From the NCBI GenBank assembly GCA_951406725.2, contig OX597832.1, positions 31,000,001 to 31,064,000 on the forward strand: DNA of 64,000 nucleotides, read 5' to 3'. Position numbers and translations under genes: made by a program. Each line of letters starts with the position of its first letter. Position 1 is the first letter of the stretch. Shown here piece by piece: positions 24,582 to 38,364 of this stretch. The notes beneath the pieces were generated by a model. That model ran no database searches. It was not told the DNA's origin and was given only the letters and a program-made list of their open reading frames with translations. The DNA comes from Octopus vulgaris (Eukaryota).

Positions 24582-24800
24582 CGTGTCTGCGTTTGTCTGC
24601 CCCCTTCCCCAGCGCAGTTTGGCAAAAGAGACCAGCAGAATAAGCATGAGGCTTAAACAAAACACTAAGTATTTGGGTTGATTCGTTTGACAAAGAATTC
24701 TTCAAGGCAGTGCTCCAGTATGGCCACAGTTTAATGACCGAAACAAGTAAAAGAATAAAAGAATAGATGTACTTATATTGCTTGTGTGTGTGATTACGAG

Positions 24801-24836
<36 letters not shown>

Positions 24837-25807
24837 AGCAAGAAGTCAGTGTGTGTGTGTGTGTAGACAAAGATATAGAGAAAAGCAGGTTATGGTGGTG
24901 GCGGGGGTGGCGGGTAGAGGAATAAACCTGTCTTGTATGAAATCAATGAAACTATACAAGGCTTGGTGTTGTTGTTGTCGTCGTTGTTGTTGTCGTCGTA
25001 GACAGTCTGATGGTGGTGGGAGGTGCCAGTGTTATGTGCCTGGTTACCTTAGTTCTGTCCTACCATGCCCCTCACCACCTTCCAGCGTCTTCTCTTGGTG
25101 GTGGACTCTTATGTAAATTTCGAGGCGGGGTGGGAGGAGGGGGGTTTAAAATCGGGTGGGGGAAGGTGTGAGAGAGAGGGGGAAGGAGAGACTGAATGAA
25201 TGAATGAATGAGAGAGAGAAAGAGAGAGAGAGAGAATACAACAATGGATTTAGATCTGTGTGTTTTGTTGTATCTCATAAAGTCATGTAAAACTTCGACT
25301 GCAAACCTCTGTGAATTTTACACACACACACACACACACATACATACACACTCAGTCACACACACAGACACATACACACTCAGTCACATACACACTCAGT
25401 CACACATACACATTCACACACACACACACACTCACATACATACACACTCAGTCACACACACACACACACACACACTCACTCACATACACACTCAGTCACA
25501 CACACAGACACACTCACACAGATACACACTCACTCTCACACACACACACACATTCACACACACAGACACACACACTCACTCACATACATCCACACTCAGT
25601 CACACACACACACACACACACATTCACACACACAAACAGACACACACACACACACACACAAACACACATGCATGCACATTATTTTAATATTGAATATTTT
25701 GGCTGTGAGAAAATGTATGACGCATCGTGAATTTGAAATCTGAATAAAAGGATTCGTGACAAAGCAAATTTCTGGCGGGTGCATTTTCTTTGTAAATAAA
25801 GATTGTT

Positions 25808-25839
<32 letters not shown>

Positions 25840-26109
25840 TTAACGTCTGTGTTTCCATGCTGGCATGGGTTGGGACAGTTTGTCAGGAGCTGGCAGGCGA
25901 GAGGGCTGCTTCTGGCCCCAGTTGTCTGTTTTCACATGGTTTCTATGGCTCAATGCCCTTCCTAATGCCTGCGTTCCCTCTATGTGGTCCCATCATCTGT
26001 ACTTCTTATGTGGTGCCTTTTATGTGCCACCAGCAAGGGTGCCTTTGGCTTGACATCAGCACAGGTGCTTTGCACATACTGGTGCCACATACAAAGCATC
26101 TGTGTTGAT

Positions 26110-26850
26110 GCCATCATCATCATCATCGTTTAACGTCCGCTTTCCATGCTGGCATGGGTTGGACGATTTGACTGAGGTCTGGCGAACCAGATGGCTGCAC
26201 CAGGCTCCAATCTGATCTGGCAGAGTTTCTACAGGCTGGATGCCCTTCCTAACGCCAACCACTCCAAGAGTGTAGTGGGTGCTTTTACATGCCACCTGCA
26301 CAGGAGCCAGTCCAGCGGCACTGGCAACAACCTCGCTTGAATGTTTTTCACGTGCCACTGGCACAAGTGCCAGTAAGGTGACGCTGGTGACGATCACGTT
26401 TGAATGGTGCTTTTTACGTGCCACTGGCTCAGAAGCCAGTCAGCTGCTCTAGCAGCAATCATGCTCGGATGGCGCTCTTGGCACTCCACTGGCATGGGTG
26501 CCAGTCATCAAATTTGTGAATATGATTTGATTTCAATTTCACTTGCCTCAATAGGTTTTCACAAGCAGAGTTTTGTTTTCAATGAAGAAAAGGTACGCAT
26601 AAGTGGGCTGGTTACATCCCTGGCATAGGCCATGGGTTATCGTCTCACTTGGCTTGCCAGTTCTTCTCACATACTGCATATTTCCAAAGGTCTTGGTCAC
26701 TAGTCATTGCCTTGGTGAGGCCTAATGTTTGAAGGTTGTGCTCCACCACCTCATCCCAGGTTTTCCTGGGTCTACCTCTTTCACAGGTTCCCTCAACCGC
26801 TAGAGTGTGGCACTTTTTCACACAGCTGTCCACATCCATTCTTTCCACAT
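26110..26850 (-). mobile_element. RTE LINE 3' end with (GAT)n tail
   Basis: VEGTCERGRPRKTWDEVV...LGLT. The 3' UTR containing GGTTGGCGTTAGGAAGGGCATCCAG and ending GACGTTAAACGATGATGAT recurs many times (e.g. about 12965-13160, 31700-31975, 34220-34485, 40115-40365, 52575-52860, 54980-55370). Confidence 0.8.
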
Positions 26851-29558
26851 GGTTGTTGCCAGTGCCACCGGATTGGCTCCTGTGCAGGTAGCATGTAAGA
26901 AACACCTTCTGAGTGTGGTCATTGCCAGTACTGCCTGACTGGCCCTTGTGTCAATGGCATGTAAGAGCACTCACTACACTCTCGGAGTGGTTGGTGTTAG
27001 GAAGAGCATCCAGCTGTTGTAACATGCTGGATCAGACTGGAGCCTGGTGCAGCCTTCTGGTTCACCAGTCCTCAGTCAAACCATCCAACCCATGCCAGCA
27101 TGGAAAGCAGACGTTAAACGACGACGATGATGATGATGATATATATACATATGATGGGCTTCTTCAGTTTCCGTCTACCAAATCCACTCACAAGGCTTTG
27201 GTTGGACCGAGGCTATAATAGAAGACACTTGTCCAAGGTGCCACGCAGTGGGACTGAACCCGAAACCATCTGGTTGGTAAGCAAACTACTTACCACACAG
27301 CCACTCCTGGTCCCTACTCTACTTTCAATCCTGTTCATGCAAAAGTTTCAAGTGAAAATTTATGTAATATTTGCAGTTTTGAAGATAAGAGTGGCACTTG
27401 ATGAAACCTGCATCAAATGTGCCACTCTTCCATTGTGTGTCTGCCAGACTTTGTGTTTTGTGTATATCAGGAGGAAACAAAAAGTAAATAAAGATGAAGA
27501 GTTAAATAAACTGTGAAAAGATGAACAGGAATATTCTACACCTGAAGAATTTTGAAATTAGTTTGGAAGCTGACAGACAAGATAGCCAAAAGCTCAGGTT
27601 GAGTGCTGCATTGGAAATACCCTCCCTTTCTGCCCACCACTATAGAAAAGCACCCAGTACACACGGTAAAGTGGTTGATGTTAAGAAGGGCATCGAGCTG
27701 TAGAAACCAAGCCAAATCAGACTGGGGCCTGGGGCACCCACCCTATCCCTCTGGTGAAACTGTCCAACCCATGCCAGCATGGACAACAGATGCTGAATGA
27801 ATACACACACACACTGACAGGCATAAACTCATTCTGCCTTCTGTTTGTCCATTGTTTTACCAATGAAACCAATTTTAATATCTCCCATTGTCTCATCACA
27901 AACCAGCTGTGTGTCTGTGTGTCCAGTATATTTTCCAGATATATTTAATAACCAAACATTCTCTTGTTATACTTCAATTGATATGTTAATTATACCTCTG
28001 CTAATTAACCAGTGAGTCATTTGTTCTTCTACAAATGACAGCTTAATTAGTTTCTGATTAATAATAAAGTATGAAGCTAATGAGGGTTTTCAGTTTGTCA
28101 GGGCAATTTTTGGTCTCCGCTCGTTAGGATAAATTTCCTTTGATGTTTGTGTTCTTGTTGTTTCTGTTTGTTTGTTTGTTTGAAATGCTGGGAACATCTG
28201 TTGCTGCTGTGGTGGATCATGACACCAGTGATTGTGAGGTTGGGGGTTCAAATTGCATCGGTTTGTAACACAGTCACTGCACTGTTGTTGTGGAGACAAC
28301 CACACTTGTCTCATTAGTCCAGTACACTTCGACTGTGAATGGCTATTGTGTCTGTGTGTGTGTGTGTAGGCATTGTGTATTGTTTTAAGAGATGGCATTG
28401 TACAAATGACACACAAAACCACATTGAACTGTTTCTATTAATGCTTTCTGTTTATTATAATCTGATATTTATAATGATGGCCTGTGTAAAAAGATTTGAG
28501 CAAGGTCATTGCCAGTACTTCCTGACTGGCCCCCGTGCCGGTGGCACGTAAAAGCACCCGCTACACTCTCGGAGTGGTTGGTGTTAGTAAGGGCATCCAG
28601 GTGTAGAAACTCTGCCAGATCAGACTGGAACCTGGTGCAGCCATCTGGTTTGCCAGCCCTCAGTCAAATCGTCCAACCCATGCTAGCATGGAAAGCGGAC
28701 GTTAAACAATGATGATTGGCCAGTGTCATCCTGTACATACACAAAAGAGATGAGATTTCATGTGTGTGTGTGTGTGTGTGTGTTAGTTTGGATCTTACTG
28801 GTTGTGGTTGTTAGTTTGCTAGCTTCCATCATGTCCTTGGCCAGCCGTGTGTATGCTAGCGATATAAACAGCAAGGTATTCCTATTTCATTATCCAGCCA
28901 CAAGATTAATTAGCAAAAGCATGATTGTTTAATGAGCAATGAACAGGGTGAGGCTCTGTGGTGAGAAGCTTGCTTACGAACCACATGGTTCCAAGTTCAG
29001 TCCCACTGCGTGGCACCTTAGGCAAGTGTCTTCTACTATAGCCCCAGGCAGACCAAAACCTTGAATGGATTTGGTAGATGGAAACTGAAAGAAGCCTATA
29101 GTATATATATATATATGTGTGTGTGTATCTTTGTGTCTGTGTTTGTCCTCCCACCATCGCTTGACAACTGATGTTGGCTTGTTTATGTCACTTAGTGGTT
29201 CAGCAAAACAGACCAATGGAATAAATACTAGGCTTACAAAGAATAAGTCCTGGGGATCTATTTCTTCGACTAAAACAGCCTTTAAGATGGTGCTCCAGTA
29301 TGGCCGCGGTCAAATGACTGAAACAAGTAAAAGAATAAAAGAAAAATTGATCCATTTATCAATAAATCCATCCATCCATCGATCTATCTATCTATCTATC
29401 TGTCTGTCTGTCTATCGATCTTATCTATCTGTCTGTCTGTCTTATCCAGACACACAGACACAACACATTGCAAGATGTTGAAATGGTTGAAGGGAATGTT
29501 GCAGCGCAAGTAATACACAGTTGGCCCAAACTTCGACGTCACTGTCACTGTGTGTGTG

Positions 29559-29613
<55 letters not shown>

Positions 29614-29859
29614 GTGTATTTGTGTGTCTGTGTTTGTCCCCCTCCCCTCCAACATCGCTTAATAACCAATGGTGGTGTGTTTACGTCTCCGTAACTTAGC
29701 AGTTCGGCCAAAGAGACCAATAGAATAAGTACTAGGCTTCCAAAGAATAAGTCCTGGGATCCATTTGCTCGACTAAAGGCGGTGCTCCAGCATGGCCACA
29801 GTCAAAGTGACTGAAACAAGTAAAAGAGTAAATGAGTATATATATATTCACACATATAG

Positions 29860-29904
<45 letters not shown>

Positions 29905-32900
29905 CGCTCACGCACACACACGCACGCACACACACAGACGGCTAACGTGCATTCTATTTATAGAATGCTTTTGTTCGTCTGCGAAGAGAGCGACCAGATG
30001 TTGAGTCGTGATAAACGAACCCGCAATCGACAACAACAACAACAACACTCACGACCATTTCTAAGAAGACAAATGTCGTTACAAAAGGGACTTTGGGAAG
30101 GTCTGCACCCATTCCATAAAAGGACAACGACAAAAGTGGGAGGAGCCAAAAGGTGTTTTGGCGCCAAAATAATTATAATAATATTTAGACCATCAGGAGT
30201 GATCTCCCTTCCATTACTTTCCATCTCGTTCGCTAAATGCGTGTGTGCATGGCGCGCGCGCGTGTGAGTGTGTGCTTGTGCGTGTGTGCTTGTTTGTTCT
30301 TGTGTGTCGATGTTTGTGCGTTTGAATAGAAAGCTGTTTTTTGTGCCTGAGCACCCATGTGGGTTTGTGTACGTGTGTGCGTGCCTGAATATACGAAAAA
30401 GGGGAATCTCACAGCCACGTGTAAAATCCCCTAAAACGCATTCGGTTTGAACCAGGGTTTCTTACCCAATTTTGCCTAAGGACCCCTTTGACTCACATCA
30501 CCATTTGATATTTAAAAAAACAAACTCTTATATTTTCATTATTAAATATTATTATTAGATGTATAAAAAATATTCTCCAATTATTTTCTGTATCGTAGAA
30601 ATATAATCAGGTAAATTTTCACAACAAAATCTTATACAACCTCCCAAGGGCCATACATACGCTGTTTGGGTAACTGTTGGTTTGAACCTTAAAACTGAAG
30701 CAATTAAGTCGTTCACCGCGAACATTTGTCATACAATTTCTTTCTCATGGCCCGTGGCCCATCCCAACAAGGCGGGCTATGAAAAGCGTTTACCCTAATT
30801 AAATATTTTGTTTATTCATCTCCGAGTCACATCATTTTATGGTTTCATTTTTTATCTTTTATTGTTTGTCTTTTACTGGTTTTAGTCATTTGACTGCGGC
30901 CATGCTGGGGCATCACCTTAAAGAATTTTTTGTTAAATGAATCGATCCACCCCACCTTTTTTTTTTTTTGTAATCCTGGTACTTATTTTAGCGGCTTTTT
31001 GCTGAACCGTTAAGTTACGAGGGCGTAAATATGCCAAGACCAGTGGGGGTGAGGGCTTGGACACACACACACACACACACACACAGCACGAAACGACCTT
31101 TCAATTTCTGTCTACTCACAGGGCTTTGGTCGACCTCTATAGTGGAAGCTACTTACCCCATGTATGACTGAGTCATACCTACGCCTTTAACTGGAAGAAA
31201 ACCCCACTCCTAAACTGGGGTGTGGTTTATCCACGAGGTAAAGCTAAACCTGTGAAGGGAAGAGGTTTTGTAATAAGATCTAGCACTAAATTTACACATG
31301 ATTAAATAGGAACAAAAATAGCAGCTAAGATACCCTCATATCAAACACTACAGACCTAAACACTGAGAAACATTCGGAGGTGGGACAGTGATAATGTCGT
31401 CCCAAATCGGCCATAACAGAGAGAGAAAGATTGGTTGATCATGGATGGAATGTCTTTCGCAGGTCGGTTCGGTCAGAGCTGGCCTGAGGGTAGGGTAGAG
31501 GGCGCTATATGCGATGGAGTAGAGAGAATTGCGTTATTATTAAGTGGAGTTTGAATACAGTGGTGATGGTGGTGGTAATAGAACTGGTGAAAGTGGCAGT
31601 GGTGGTGTTTGAATACAGTGGTGATGGTGGTGGTAATAGAACTGGTGGAAGTGGCAGTGGTGGTGTTAGGAATTAAACGAGGTGCTGTTGTACATACATA
31701 CATCATCATCGTTTAACGTCCATTTTCCATGCAAGCATGAGTTGGCCGATTCAGATGGCTGCACCAGGCTCCAAACTTGATCTGGCAGAGTTTCTACAGC
31801 TGGATGCCCTTCCTAATGCCAACCACTCCGAGAGTGTAGTGGGTGCTTTTTACATGCCACCATCATGAGGGCCAGTCAGGCGGCACTGGCAACGGCCACG
31901 CTCAAATGGTGCTTTTTATGTGCCACCTGCACAGGAGCCAGTCCAGCACCACTGGCAATGACCTCGCTTGAATAGATAAGAGAACAATATGCAATTGATA
32001 AGGTTTATTTGTGGATATAATGAAAATAATTGTAACGTTTAGCAGTTTTTAGATAGGAAAATGTAACGAATTACTTTCTTTATTTAAAATCACTACAATT
32101 GTTTCGGCATATCTTTACACTTTTAGTATATTGGTGAGATGATGTGTAATCATCTACAAATACTGTGGAATTCCTAATGTACCAGGAGGATTTCTGTTGT
32201 ATGATGACATCAGGTAGCCAATAATTGTGGCTGGGCTTTGCATAGCGTTGTACTGGGTTTTTACCTGAATCCTGTTTAACTCCATACAGGTATAATCATC
32301 GAAGAAATTGTGTCTGAAAAAATATGCTCTTGGATATTACTCAATAGAGTGGGTTAATTAATTAATTAAAGTATATAGTATTATAGATTCATTTCTGCAA
32401 TCTGCTTCAGACTGAGCATTAAATAACCAGATACTATCTTCATTTCTGGTTTCAATCCTCAGTGCAAAACCAATTGGTAAGATCAGTGGAAATGAATCCG
32501 TAATACTGTATAGGATATGTAAGGAATGGAAAAGGTAAATAAAGACTACATATGTTTCATATTTAAACAATATTTGTTACATAACTTGTAACACACAAAA
32601 CCCATTTAGCTAACCCTCAGATTCGATTGCCTTTGAGTTGTTTACATCATTATGTAGAGATGAGTCAGCTTATTAAATTTTCCAATGATTAATACAGGAC
32701 GAAGTGAATAACATTCAATGATTATTAAACTCTCTTCATCGTATTTTGTCCACCTTTTGTCATCCTTACTAGATGTGTTCATGCTGGAAGCTTATTAACT
32801 TCCTATGCCAGGATCTTTCGGATCATAGAACTTTCTGTCTGATAAAGTTACTCCTGGAAGTTGAATCTCTGCAGGTCAGTGTTAGACGGCTGCAGCTGGT

Positions 32901-33053
32901 CACTACACAGACTGCACCAAGCACTATTACATTTTTTGACCACTAAATGACCTTAACATAAGATAAGTGTTCTAATTGGTGACTGTACAACTAGATAAAT
33001 GAGCCGTTAGATGATTGGAGCAATGGGTGAGGGCACCACTTAACATAAATGTC

Positions 33054-33485
33054 ACTAGATTTGGGTACCATTTGGTAAGAGTATGACTAGATTTGGGTAC
33101 CATTTGGTAAGGGTATGACTAGATTTGGGTACCATTTGGTAAGAGTATGACTAGATTTGGGTACCATTTGGTAAGGGTATGACTAGATTTGGGTACCATT
33201 TGGTAAGGGTATGACTAGATTTGGGTACCATTTGGTAAGGGTATGACTAGATTTGGGTACCATTTGGTAAGGGTATGACTAGATTTGGGTACCATTTGGT
33301 AAGGGTATGACTAGATTTGGGTACCATTTGGTAAGGGTATGACTAGATTTGGGTACCATTTGGTAAGGGTATGACTAGATTTGGGTACCATTTGGTAAGG
33401 GTATGACTAGATTTGGGTACCATTTGGTAAGGGTATGACTAGATTTGGGTACCATTTGGTAAGGGTATGACTAGATTTGGGTACC
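33054..33485. repeat. 32-bp minisatellite, about 13.5 copies
   Basis: Unit ACTAGATTTGGGTACCATTTGGTAAG(G/A)GTATG with no spacers. Confidence 0.98.
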
Positions 33486-33596
33486 TCTTGATTGGAGTCT
33501 CAAAGATTTGAGAAATACTTGATGGTAATACCAGTGAATAAAACTAGCATCCTTTGGTGTTTTAAAATCTGTTAAGTTCCCTATACATTCTGTATG

Positions 33597-33945
33597 TGAA
33601 GGCACATGGCTCAGTGGTTAGAGTGTCGAGCTCACAATCATGTGGTAGTGAGTTCGATTCCCAGACCAGGCTGTGTGTTGTGTTCTTGAGCAAGACGCTT
33701 TATTTCACGTTGCTCCAGTTCACTCATCTGTAGAAATGAGTTGTGGCATCATTGGTGCCAAGCTGTATTGGCCCCTTTGCCTTTCCCTTGGATAACATCG
33801 TTGGCATGAAGAGGAGAGGTTGGTATGCAGGGGTGACTGTTGGTCTTCCATAAACAAGCTTGCCCAGGCTTGTGCCTCTAAGGGGAACTTTCTAAGTGCA
33901 AACCCATGATCATTCATTACCAAAGAAGGTCTTTACCCTTTCACT
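33597..33945 (+). mobile_element. tRNA-derived SINE family C
   Basis: TGGCTCAGTGG A-box and GAGTTCGATTCC B-box followed by a TTGAGCAAG..TTTCAC..TGCTCCAGT body. Related heads at about 7790, 34890, 35160, 46410 and 49140(-). Confidence 0.75.
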
Positions 33946-36900
33946 CTTTATGGGTTGGACGAATTCATTGTGGATGGTTTTCTACATAGTTCTTTACCCT
34001 ATACATTCTGAAGTCAATCAAATTTTGTCAGAATTGAATATTTGTGTGTGTGTGTTTGTCAAAGGGGTACTTACCTATAGGAATTCCGGAGAAGGGTTAA
34101 GTCGATTACATCAGGGGTACCTGTCAATTTAATTGAGGGTGGCACTGCTGCTATCCCACTGCCAAAAATTTGTGGCTTTATGTCAGTAGTGTACGAAATA
34201 ATCATACATACATACACCCGACTGGCCTCCATGCTGGTGGCACGTAAAAAGCACCATCCGATCATGGCCATTTGCCAGCCTCATCTGTCCTCTGTGCCAG
34301 TGGCATGTAAAAAGCACCCACTACACTCACGGAGTGGTTGGCGTTAGGAAGGGCATCCAGCTGTAGAAACACTGCCAGATCAGACTGGAGCCTGGTGCAG
34401 CCTTCTGGCTTCCCAGACCCCAGTTGAACCGTCCAACCCATGCTAGCATGGAAAGCAGACGTTAATCGATGATGATGATGATGAAGGTGCATGACTTAGT
34501 GGTTAGGGTTGTTGTGCTCACAATTGTGAAGACTGGGCCCAGTGGATTCTGCAGAAGAAAATTTTGATGGTTCAGCAGAGTGGAAGGCAGCTACAGCCAT
34601 GCATTGTTGAGTGCAGGGAGCAAAATGAGGCAAGCAAAGCATCTTGGTCATCCATCTCCATCTTTATTCATCTTGGCCTAGTTTTGCCATTGGACCATAT
34701 TTGGTCACAGATGAGAGAGAGAGTGAGAGAGAGAAAGAGAAAGAGAGAGAGAGAAAGAGAGAGAGTGAGGCTGATGGTGGGCAACACTTCTTCGCTTTAA
34801 ACAAGCCACTGAACAAGTAACCGGTCATCCTTGAGGATCACCAGATGGTCCTTGTTTCTCTGACTGACAAGCCTATGAGTGAGATTGTCATGAGGCCATG
34901 TGGCCAGGAGATTAGAATATCGAGCTCACAATTACAAGGTTGTGTGTTCAATTCCTGGACTGAGCAATATGTTGTGTCCTTGAGCAAAACATTTCAATTT
35001 ACATTGCTTCCAATCTACTCAACTCCAGATGAGTATCAGTTAAGTTTTCAAGCAAGCCTTTTTCCCTCTATCAATCCTTGATGTTCCACTAGGCCCAGGA
35101 TGAGAGGGCCAGGGGGCCGTCTAGATCTGCTTATGACTACACAAGCCCTTTGAACAAGTGGAGGCACATGCCCTAGTGGTTAGAGCAGCGGACTCATGGT
35201 CGATCAATCGCAGTTTCGAATCTCAGACCAAGCGATGTGTGTGTTTATGAGCGAAACACTTCAGCTCCACGTAACTCCGGCAGAAGGTAATGGCGAAATT
35301 CTGCTGACTCTTTCGCCACAACTTTCTCTCATTCTTTCCTCCTGCATCTTGCAGCTCACCTGTGATGGACCAGCGTCCTGTCCAGGTGGGGAACCTATAC
35401 GCCAAGGAAATCGGCCCTTATGAGCCAGGCATGGCTCGAGAAGGAATAAGCCCCTTGAAAAATAGCAAAAGCTTGGTTCCAAGTAACATCCACTTGCAGC
35501 TGATGGCTAAGTTTAAAACAATTTTTTTTTTATGTGGGAGACATGAAGAGATTGTCTTAAGAGAATTTCAGATTTTAAGGTCGTGCAAGTTGAAGGCTCA
35601 AGGTTGGGATGGTAGTAGTTTTGATAACGATGACATTGTGCAGTGTACTTTTCTTCCTTTTGAGTATAGTAGAGGGAGATTCGGCTGTTATTTCTAGCAG
35701 ACTGATCAGTCCTGTTGCATCTCCTTTGTTGGTTCATGCTGTTGACGACAATATTGGATGGTGGTGGTGGTGATGGTGGTGGTGGTGGTGGGGAAGGTGG
35801 TGTTGATGGTGATGGAGGTTGTGATGATGATGATGATGATGATGAGGAGGAGGATGATGATGAGGATGAAGATGATGATGATGATGATGATGGTGGTGTT
35901 GGTGTTATTGGTAGTGATGGTTGAGAGTGGTAGTGGCTGATGTAGTATGGGTGGTGTTTATGAGTAGTAGCAGCAGCAGCAGCAGCGATAGTATAAGTAG
36001 TAGTAGTAGTAGTAGTAGTGGTTCTAGTAGTAGTAGTAGTTGTTGTTGTTGTTGAAGAAGAGGAGTGAGTTTACAAAAGAATGGAGGGGGGTGTTGGTGG
36101 TGGTGTGAAGACAAAGGGGTTTAATTAGATTCATTGTAAACACTTGAGAATGTGGTGGTGGCGGTGGTAGTTGTAGTAGTGCAGTCTAGGTGTTAGTGTT
36201 ACTGGAATATAGTACATGTGAGTGTGTGTGTGCATGTGTGGTAGTAGTGAGAAGTAGAGCTGTATAGGGGTGGTGTGTATGGTGCATGGTTGACGGTGGT
36301 GGTGGTGGTGGTGGTGGTTGTGTGTGTTGTAGTATAGAGTGTAGTTGTGGTATGAGTTGTAGTGTACAGTGGTGGTTTGTATAGTGTGTGTATAGGCAAG
36401 GCATAGGGTGGTGGTGTGTGGTATGGCATAGTGGTGGTTTGTGCGGTAGTGTACGGTGTGTGGTATGGCATAGTGGTGGTTTGTGTGGTAGTGTATGGTG
36501 TGTGTGCGTGTGTTGGTGTTGTAGTGTCGTGTGATGTGGGTTTCTGGGTGAAGGGTGAGTGTGGTGGTGGGTATGAGTGCAGATGTGTTTAGGTTGTAGT
36601 ACAGAATTGTGATGTAGAGGTGGGGGGGAAGGTGGGAGCCTGGGACCCCCCCTCCGTGATGGAAGGGTCGTGTGCATGTGTGTGGGTGGTAGCATGCTGT
36701 GGTATGTATAGGGGGTGTATAAGGTTACAGCAAAGTAGGTGTGTGTATGTGGTGGTGGTGTACAAAGTTACAAAAATTGGTGGTGGTCGCGTGCAGTGGG
36801 GAGGGGGGAGGTGTGTGTAAAGTTAGAATAGGGTGTGTGGGGAGAGGGGAGTGTGTGAAGATAGAGGTGACGGTGATGGCGGTGGCAGTGGTGGTGTGAC

Positions 36901-37082
36901 ATCCAACTCCGCTTAAGTTACCTTACCTGTATTCTAATTATTGGTGTTGTCACCTGAAGTAGAAATGGAAAGGTAAGTGGGTGGGTGGGGCAGGGGGTGG
37001 GGGGCTACTTAAATTTAACCTCTGGCTAATGGAATAACACACACACACACATATAAGGAATTATCTGTGTGGACATAGTTAT

Positions 37083-37263
37083 ATGCATTTGTGTGTTTGC
37101 ATATTTATATACACACACTCAGATGCATATATGTATGTATGCATGTGTGTATATATGTGTATTTATATAAGTATGTATATATATATATTTGTGTGTGTAT
37201 GTATATGTATGTGTGTGTATATGTATATATGCATGTATATATATGTATATATGTATGTATATA

Positions 37264-37337
<74 letters not shown>

Positions 37338-37356
37338 AATATGTATATATATGTGT

Positions 37357-37428
<72 letters not shown>

Positions 37429-38161
37429 GGTGTGTGTTTATATATACATGTGTATGCAGCACCATTGTTACTACCTCCCCCTTGTCCTTCCACTCCCACC
37501 TCCTCCACGCGTCCAACAATTCCACTATATATTATTGACCATTATTGAATGGTTCAGTTCCATTTACCTCAACCCCACCCCACCCACCACAGTCACGTGA
37601 CAGCCTTCAATTTGAATATTTCATTTGTTCTCCAAGAATCTTGAAAGTAATGCAGCTAATCTCCTAAGCACCATTCTCTGAATAAACACACACCTGCACA
37701 CACACACACACAGATGCATACACACATACACATACATGCACACACGCACACACAAACATACATGCACATACATACCACACACACACACACATATATATAT
37801 ACATATGTATGTGTAAGTGTAGTAAACTATGCCTTTGCCTATAGGGACAGGTGTGGTTGTGTGGTAAGACGCTTGCTTCCAAACCATATGGTTCCAGGTT
37901 CAGTCCCACTGCATGGCATCTTGGGCAAATTTCTTTTGCTATAGCCTCAGGCCAACCAAAACAATGAACGGATTTGGTAGATGGGAACTGAAGGAAGATC
38001 ATATATATATATATATACACATATAATGTATGTATGTATGTATGTATATATGTATATGTGTATATATATATATATATAATGTATGTATATATATGTATAT
38101 ATGCGTATAAATATATGTATATATATGTATATATATATATATATGTATATGTATATATATG

Positions 38162-38196
<35 letters not shown>

Positions 38197-38279
38197 GTAT
38201 ATGTATATATATATGTATATGTATATATATGTATATATATATATATATGTATATGTATATATATGTATATATATGTATA

Positions 38280-38322
<43 letters not shown>

Positions 38323-38335
38323 GCATGTATTTGTG
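37083..38335. repeat. TA/TG/TATG compound microsatellite field
   Basis: Directly visible, interrupted by a SINE. Similar fields at about 25320-25680, 39355-39560, 46860-48370, 49140-49700 and 55790-56760. Confidence 0.95.
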
Positions 38336-38364
38336 CACATTCTCATTCAGTGACTGCCTTTGAT

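Noticed and set aside
27387-27429. SECIS or miRNA interpretation of this hairpin
   Set aside because: It lacks SECIS AUGA/GA quartet geometry and is too short for a pre-miRNA.
33054-33485. CRISPR-like array (32-bp partly palindromic repeats)
   Set aside because: Units are contiguous with no unique spacers, there are no cas genes, and the context is eukaryotic. It is a minisatellite.
33597-33670. tRNA genes (also at about 14560-14630 and 35160-35230)
   Set aside because: A and B boxes are present, but there is no clean cloverleaf and the sequences continue into SINE bodies or repeats.
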